Below, one piece after another: positions 62,301 through 64,000 of a DNA stretch of 64,000 nt (its first letter is position 1; the number at the start of each line of letters is the position of its first letter). A model generated the notes under the pieces. It was not told the origin of the DNA. It saw nothing but the letters and a program-made list of their open reading frames with translations, and made no database searches. A program made the position numbers and the translations under genes. Source of the DNA: a virus (lineage: Duplodnaviria > Caudoviricetes); IMG/VR virus record IMGVR_UViG_3300005282_000008, positions 1 to 64,000 of that record; one strand, given 5' to 3'.

Positions 62301-63461
62301 GTTATAGATGAGTGTTCTATGGTGAATGAGAACTTGGTAGAAGCTTTAAGGGATATTGCTAAAGAGAATGGTGTTAAGATCTTATTTATTGGTGATGATA
62401 AACAGTTAATGCCAGTAGGTGAGAATAGGATGTCATTATCATTTAGAGATGAAGATGGTAATATGTCTAGACTTACTAAAGTAGAAAGACAACAAGGTAG
62501 TAATCCATTATTAAAACAATTAGATGCTGCTAGAGCAAGTCAAGAAGATCCTACTAAGTTAGGTGTTAGTTTTAGTACAGATTATGACTCTTATGGTAAT
62601 GGAGTCGTTACAATACCTAATAAGAACCCTTATATGACTAACTTACTTGATACAATGGTTGGTTTACTTAAATCAGAGGAAGCTAAAACAAATCCTTATA
62701 TAATAAGAGGCTTAGCTTTTAGAAATGAAACAGTTGACGCTATAAATAGAGGTGTTAGAATAAGAATGGGTTACGAATCTAAACTGGAAGTTGGTGAACC
62801 AATTAAGTTCTATTCTGGTTCTGATAAGTTTACAAACTCGGCAGAAGCTAGAGTATCTAGAGTAAGTGAAGATAAAGAAGCCGACTTATTCTCAATATGT
62901 GGTTTTAAATCAAGTAAATACCCAAATGGGTTCATGGTTAAATATAATACCGTGGAAGTATCTGATTTTGATGATGCTACTTATAATGAAACTTTCCACA
63001 TGATATCTGATGAGTCTTATAAAAATGATTTAGCACAGATATACAAAGATTATCACGACCTTACTGTTAGAACTGCTGCTGCTAATCCTATGTATAGAGG
63101 TCGTATTTGGAGAGAGTATTATAAAAATACTGGTGCAATAGTAACTCCATACGATCTTAAAGTTGGTAGAGAATTAGTTAAAAAAGTAGTATTTAAACCA
63201 GCGTATGCATCTACAGTACATAAATCACAAGGATCTACTTATACTAATGTAATGGTTCATCAAGAAGATATAAATGCAGCAAGTGATCCTATGTTAAGGA
63301 AACAATTAACTTATGTAGCAATGTCTAGACCTACTAGAGCAGCATTCGTGGTAACTAATTCTGATCTATTCCACGAGAATGCAATTAATGAATATAATGA
63401 AGAAATGAATAAAGCAAATGATGAATTTGATTCTGATGCTATGACAAAATGTAAAGCTTAA
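47385..63461 (+). CDS. giant virion RNA polymerase polyprotein (zincin, two-barrel RNAP, NADAR-like, macro-like, Dda/RecD helicase)
   Basis: HEAFH (53727); RIPTQG and GSDFDIDK (58095); TIEEAYQ/ENPELM; IFVFGSN..G; GAAGTGKT, VIDECSM, GDDKQL, TVHKSQGSTY, YVAMSR. Confidence 0.9.
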   Translation: MNNNNTYNRSKANPITRLANSFPPVTLGFADRSKLEEQKISSEYEKFRQSPAARTTEPSIDNFNPKEEATTRPVNLSTGDVIKPEDSEFVSSIKEGNSLDNAWFSTDRANAMYNQEQAQISQQNKNLKNGTIIPTVPPVASVKQSNQSYNVLQYFKDAWRANQNGKDETDISSKNGEIISDILPKLNAAQTQLEYATTSQKYDDQINSVIANKIAGKGVGNWDSEIARLTKEKSLALGGISIRDKASAQYVKDLVTWDKYIQDPSRVIGQLKADIGNRTAQYNDKLNEIKQLQDDINDRPKVSDYYLNKEKNAGFGYTNIDAWLYGMPRTLGSSMQTWKQQGANMLYNFGASLAQKSLMEDMALSVSAATGGSGLYAKAAIMGLSTVGMGLNLETQALSRHLETDAELYTNYKDRIKKDAAARGIDTNKLINDAKDKLKNYVDTDSNISKKPEITDDEAMDFLLTTNLKSGDTKFDALKDDGRKGLQSLRNVNYGLSASDIAESIAFVPYLGTVLGNSYKALKTTEKLGKGIARTEQAVEAAKGFAKALPTEIAGKILNSAVVKGATKTIEDLAEKTVLKVPKLTEFAGKVAEKVAGADGKTYAKYVKGIAKRGLFGMASEGGEEGTQQEKGYKYQNGLYDDKTMGFFDTVSDVVGGMFNGAKTAFGLSVNPALDNDQDYQQSVVAGAMMGGLFSAVGGIQPTIELKNQIQTNHIIQNYTVDQLKAKENLTKANLWTDKALKGKGEQVISTLDMMKENLPEGLTSNDVDNIKKQAEYTMNYASSPIAKKLAKESGITYGSQDYKTIVGLALDSFDQLQNEVDANKAIDAKLTSTRTFGEGALKGNLENISKYTGIDSNLLLQLHNLNQHQQSLVSLIDELKNRKTVIDEMNADKDFSMSLNSDKIGEYVDRLNEKLIDVTNNRNSFISEFTSQMKVDKNTIETGKSQKPYTEEELTDVLNSLSTVGGYKQNEVTDLIKMQELSNLSLDDTINRYNAYNGLFFNDKYATKGISFDKATKDMSKVERRNFAASMLAKDEINHYVSNTNKDKEGMASYVDDISKEANARGTVESLQAISQPTSASEIQNTVASVQPLTHIEESTPIEDTQKQQEVHLESLKTHIDETGNILTTLKNNPENTIKYLPKELRKEVGKNGFVKTVNKYERQLDSLQTEYNKGVTKAPTVDPTEVNPKKLEVVEKIKKAYNDVSSAYADRTNELNDLAAKNGGTITDEQALSVINSYRTRINEATYRHQDALKELNKPEYVSTKEPTRVEQPSHIAELSNEEVQPSLPVEEIVPVEEEQQPQMEIKASEQDGFMSTLDKMVAESPEFRTLPVNKQRNEINRMRRRALKENPERETEIKTYFDDLISKSIVPSQKEQESLKTPKNAPQEVSPTTAIETPKVTSKKSLNQILSDNAAEGKLSVESGEITHTEEKPVEVAPEPIVTEKETIKVEPTPVIAPEVEEKPAQWVIDQAMNLLVDSEQTTEQLNAKILSNEVAPNQIEGTPGSIMDIMLNYDPTNSKPMTIEGYPNVKSGKELAKVLDKPNALDELDTEIVIRDWKKNSSFDPTKESTYDNAGIYIILTDKNGNQYATALRTTQWVKDNIVSEEVGNRLNELRTKIIRLSEQIKSQPNAILKPTKVSRNNGLFDNQTDANGAPIYRPIHEIKGFDIPKDFKEIDKGSVTLGIGRGVRYGNTIMDMFGDPLPGAGASGKIYIYPKVTNVPDGKSMVNIQLREKPFKTSAQSREIASLIYDTLITKYNNNDFAMQVMHNGTLIDTPFTPYVLGRFLVNNSEKTLLKTESMAEQYPFLAAKQLFVDTKNGKVYYGNEVHTLSDMQNDPKLKEEFIQHIINNQHWAMDKEWLFNNMRDNLLGSKVTATSYFNKTKSDKLSFIPGELEFDKSDFGLISDQYETKEDPNDKGLSWMAWYTKNGKLVSDLSDNLFKSPINYIEDVEIAQKTKTSSPEIIEAQSIKEEQVTTTEVKEIPNVPVEEERPKSLNSILAAFGDKAEVSTDDQIIPDSESVYTADQNADLDDMLGGLGVGAWKPFIKATNRKINTAKAVKWLNHKLGLDPNEVKITSTLIHANKAGMKVVGGMTTDSILLWEGAEKGVEYHEAFHRVSLLLFNDNERKNLYDYYRSKNKVYKMSDKDVDENLADEFMDFNLNPFIKHGYEIVRGFKKMLQFLHVIKDATPNQAYEVFRAINSGKFAGIAYNPKSVERFQQIYGDMAPYSFNGKAFKNIPTLTDYYNIVESLQALLFSSNNVETIQDVDNIDTNRLYNALVKESNSELRSPAQRETLKEIVDRFETDFLPDVKKSLKQFAIRVIDRNSAEETEKAENEGTNVPFADKASYEVDKVDNAQMSVKMFIAATPKVKFEYSTKDGVLQKRLVAASEPLSGLPLIDDYKTAFHTVLERLHNFDTWDKILKETERLGKDDPFFQNLYLRLSNPRIVSENLQTQFLTTVCSNKHNMIYLSYAYNTSPVDDRTLQVSFRVGDSNIQRTSRQYASQWSNTFYNGDLLISTESGIVANADKLESICREYNQLSSDYSKEFDANKINDIGVINAKKELINILSKLGVNIDLEVLNDYLAQNNKLGTMDKAKELRHLLTSSYAGSLSYLFSWNTTKTKNSRTGLLQSVANGDVLKYKEGGIEKVKRLNEIFKGEATINKFADSNARVHPRLDSMSVMGADGNMLYPISQNCYATDQTRWLNDNNDGIVDKMQNVTYNKHSVLLQHLKNGNKISLNTFINFVEDSAGDRGRDYLSISDSEDFLSKMTLVSNDYLVYPTMADKKMYFTIGGYKLNHQPIRFINREDGRGKYVQFNQGVVDTLYGYMIDELNTIDQFYSKESQEELRLHPEKAVKNYHTLEKGGRLRYFNKIYKENADGTRTMIDLNKDIMDDKSMTVEQRISRVKEELLGKQDATGKYNQMHAEQVVNNMLAMRYMDDMNKAVELGLIEKTANNMYQNKLLDQVKLAEYMDKYSNDPVTSAFPETYAVRAMLADYSVGSVISVMEFEKLFTKDPAYYKNTDDKIKRVTAVLSTGDGIRTQWEPGNPANGETKFNVTEFKDNEIVSNQIKQLNDEFTYANLRDLLIATSKYDGKPITENNVDKLLELSEEERKDKLKDYTQLKAKASALANNGLDAYGPGRINQTDATVIIGPRMYQKIVKGLGEWSEDVAKAFEIMEGDGNFLSDAALYQASLKTLIKPLKTMYFGDHFDAKLGLDVPVFNKMAMFPLFKVLAKGDSRTLYDRMNKENDIVDMVAFSSAVKVGTKKASSFYTDNTNTAINDLSGVQVYQQDYKYLRRQLVTDPHHAERQLFGTQASKAALSNLRMDRTYGEGDNKYTGTQIKSEVMGTIKALSSKGLNRFLDSITKVNEDGSRTKDNVLLSKMLIREAESGGMTNDVIEGLQLVNGEFKVPLSALSDAKWIESRFISLLNKEAVDIQLPGGAFIQRSSFGFKQITTLSDGTLDRGKYLNFRNDDGSMDTEISINLLAHVIPNYDKMSFEEARQYLIDNNIIGENSSPSAMGYRIPTQGQSSIVSLRIKEVMPSIVGDMIILPDEFTALTGSDFDIDKLYVARFNYETYEEDGTKKIRKVQFNDNVEQGKNKFEENGREANENRLLDMYMTVLNDKSNVHETKASLDAPTEKLKSGALKAVRAAITSKNESPFYELSPSYQLNKKHEYTGGKAGIAPFALNNVHHVLTQLFNIDFATNTKGEFKGALGKYGFGTLSEIHGKDGFRILDWLSAMINAHVDVAKDPYIIELNVTQPTYNMTNFLLRSGMGEGTFYFLPQPILKEYVTEMEKLNGRYGIDKTKSNFTLRRDAVTALKNKYIENARVLAGDNKSKLSLLEELDNVDERSGLNKAGDPYVFTIKFLNDQLTSFKNKTNDFDYFYNQLLILNAYQELTPFAEELSELVHISQIDTKKFGNSFALQQRFLYRVRNMLSSTSAFDKEDLIRLFEDSFLDAKLRNSVIAGNELAKDMLITSTDAFNQEMESIMSKTNHSKTKDETFIKNVSNGIEAFVRSKFFTEYAADNAENPYMDTYNLFYNNPSAGTLSMANRFAKIKSDMINGKYPEFIDKEGRIVDDFINYLSAQPKTENDLWNIPDVIGRNVPIGTDKYLQDKLTSYWNELINNKQYPELAQFGKDLVYYAFVTSGGNTKLNSIFHLVPSDYLAEIGYHNSIKQSLEDLTNNSFDIDTDDIFKNNWWNGNLVPDITLDKGNSHIARVNSTIEIPGTHIKYPIVLFNHKANPIGINSDGETLFRPYIKANLDKSKNPNTTLLYKYIGNYNYVSNFGGKTEVSVKPVYVLVNKKGLSQEGVFIVEHDGYSNSAFGFNNIPSAVDFHTSDPTTGFMLDGSSAANVALVNSTNLRSTEKVKLMSTLNKIEYIKNFDIEDAAYTKTYDDIMLGEDNELSQEEQLDIARSVLLADDEAEGDIVTNKFRGNTGWARHSENSYEVSSAGDNRFSALSARLKDGRTIEEAYQLDVKGYRNLNYTWQQAKKDHGVNAPIKLNEEQLYNAYKELWQQWADENPELMQELRNNTVDKILTDKFATGLVTQARALSEILNETEGISMPIVDSEVRDTDIAKPQYYIGNITPDENTIFVFGSNPVGINGNPAKGTGGAALVASTQFGVKQGERMDNKLSDSGNAYGLTTVTYPGRKRSMSPEQITQGIKKLYETAKLNPDKQFKIAYRNTTEKSLNGYTGLEMIDMFNAAGEIPTNIVFSKEWFDTGLLDLAKVVATTEQEVALSLPVNGKEVVYNNQTFIVTPNGKVYGKDGKEKYTSTDKGTMLSKSAILNKAFFPSATLPTTITKKANPIITDNGIKISGENPNIININGRQIDIKQYGVPFKLNSDQITALTRIDDWYNNSDTISHTLIGAAGTGKTSITKVIVNSIASQHPRADIVLASFTHSAVKNLAKLTGREAITIHSMLGLSLNYDLDNFKLDDLNFEKVNDGHKFEENGIIVIDECSMVNENLVEALRDIAKENGVKILFIGDDKQLMPVGENRMSLSFRDEDGNMSRLTKVERQQGSNPLLKQLDAARASQEDPTKLGVSFSTDYDSYGNGVVTIPNKNPYMTNLLDTMVGLLKSEEAKTNPYIIRGLAFRNETVDAINRGVRIRMGYESKLEVGEPIKFYSGSDKFTNSAEARVSRVSEDKEADLFSICGFKSSKYPNGFMVKYNTVEVSDFDDATYNETFHMISDESYKNDLAQIYKDYHDLTVRTAAANPMYRGRIWREYYKNTGAIVTPYDLKVGRELVKKVVFKPAYASTVHKSQGSTYTNVMVHQEDINAASDPMLRKQLTYVAMSRPTRAAFVVTNSDLFHENAINEYNEEMNKANDEFDSDAMTKCKA

Positions 63462-63465
63462 AATT

Positions 63466-64000
63466 ATGATGTGTCCTATTTTAACAATCCCACAGGTTGC
63501 TCAAGAATTTAATGAGCTAGTACAAGCAGTTGGGGAAAAAGCTGCATATGATATATGGAATCAGAATAATGGTAATGGTATAGAGAGTGCTCCTAATGGA
63601 GCACCTTCTAAGCTATTTTCAGACCTTCTAAGCGAGTTTGATGGTAATCGCGAACTAACTATCAAAGCGAAGGCTAAAACCTTCTCTAAAGAGTTTAAAA
63701 CATGGTTTAATGATGAAATTCCAATATTTGATCCTAATACTGGTGAAGTACTGAGAATAGATACTGTTTCTTCTAAAGTAGTAGACGAAAATGGAGAACC
63801 ATTAATAATGTGGCATAGAACTCCTGTAAAAAATATAAAAGAATTTGATATAAACAAAACAGATGGAGACGATGGTTTTTGGTTTAGTAGAGATAAAAAT
63901 TATTATACAGATGATAACAAAGTAGAAGCATATCCTGTATTTTTGAAAATATCGAACCCTTTTGAAATAAATCATTCTGACTTTTTAGCTGGTATGGATG
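63466..64000 (+). CDS. cargo protein, partial, with ART-PolyVal-like ADP-ribosyltransferase domain
   Basis: Open to the window end; APNG.PSKLF...FKTWF...SKVVDENGEPLIMWHRT...GFWFS...YPVFLKISNP. Confidence 0.75.
   Translation, partial: MMCPILTIPQVAQEFNELVQAVGEKAAYDIWNQNNGNGIESAPNGAPSKLFSDLLSEFDGNRELTIKAKAKTFSKEFKTWFNDEIPIFDPNTGEVLRIDTVSSKVVDENGEPLIMWHRTPVKNIKEFDINKTDGDDGFWFSRDKNYYTDDNKVEAYPVFLKISNPFEINHSDFLAGMD

Noticed and set aside
7499-63857. Many short minus-strand ORFs in the ORF track within the rightward region
   Set aside because: All lie opposite long, recognisable plus-strand genes and have no motifs.

Overview
A 64 kb segment of an AT-rich crAss-like bacteriophage (Crassvirales; gene order most like the crAss001/Steigviridae type, host probably Bacteroidota), readable in the standard code. 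1-6540 is a leftward (minus-strand) block of small accessory genes separated by unusually structured non-coding RNA. It holds a canonical hatchet ribozyme, a second hatchet with a 90-nt insertion, a canonical twister, a twister-like variant, five copies of a small co-varying H-type pseudoknot and a tRNA-like element. From ~6960 everything is on the plus strand: GNAT, GroES-like, RepL/HTH, IHF-like, dATP/dGTP diphosphohydrolase, ParB-like and dUTPase genes, then terminase, portal, scaffold-like, major capsid, ring proteins, a 2384-aa modular fibre, endolysin/holin/spanin-like genes, tail tube/muzzle and cargo proteins. It ends with a 5358-aa virion RNA polymerase polyprotein (zincin + two-barrel RNAP + NADAR-like + macro-like + Dda/RecD helicase) and a truncated cargo gene starting with an ART-PolyVal-like domain. 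Four genes (aspartyl protease, TerL, MCP, muzzle) are split by single-base insertions that look like sequencing errors. All family assignments are from motif recognition by eye; no search was run.
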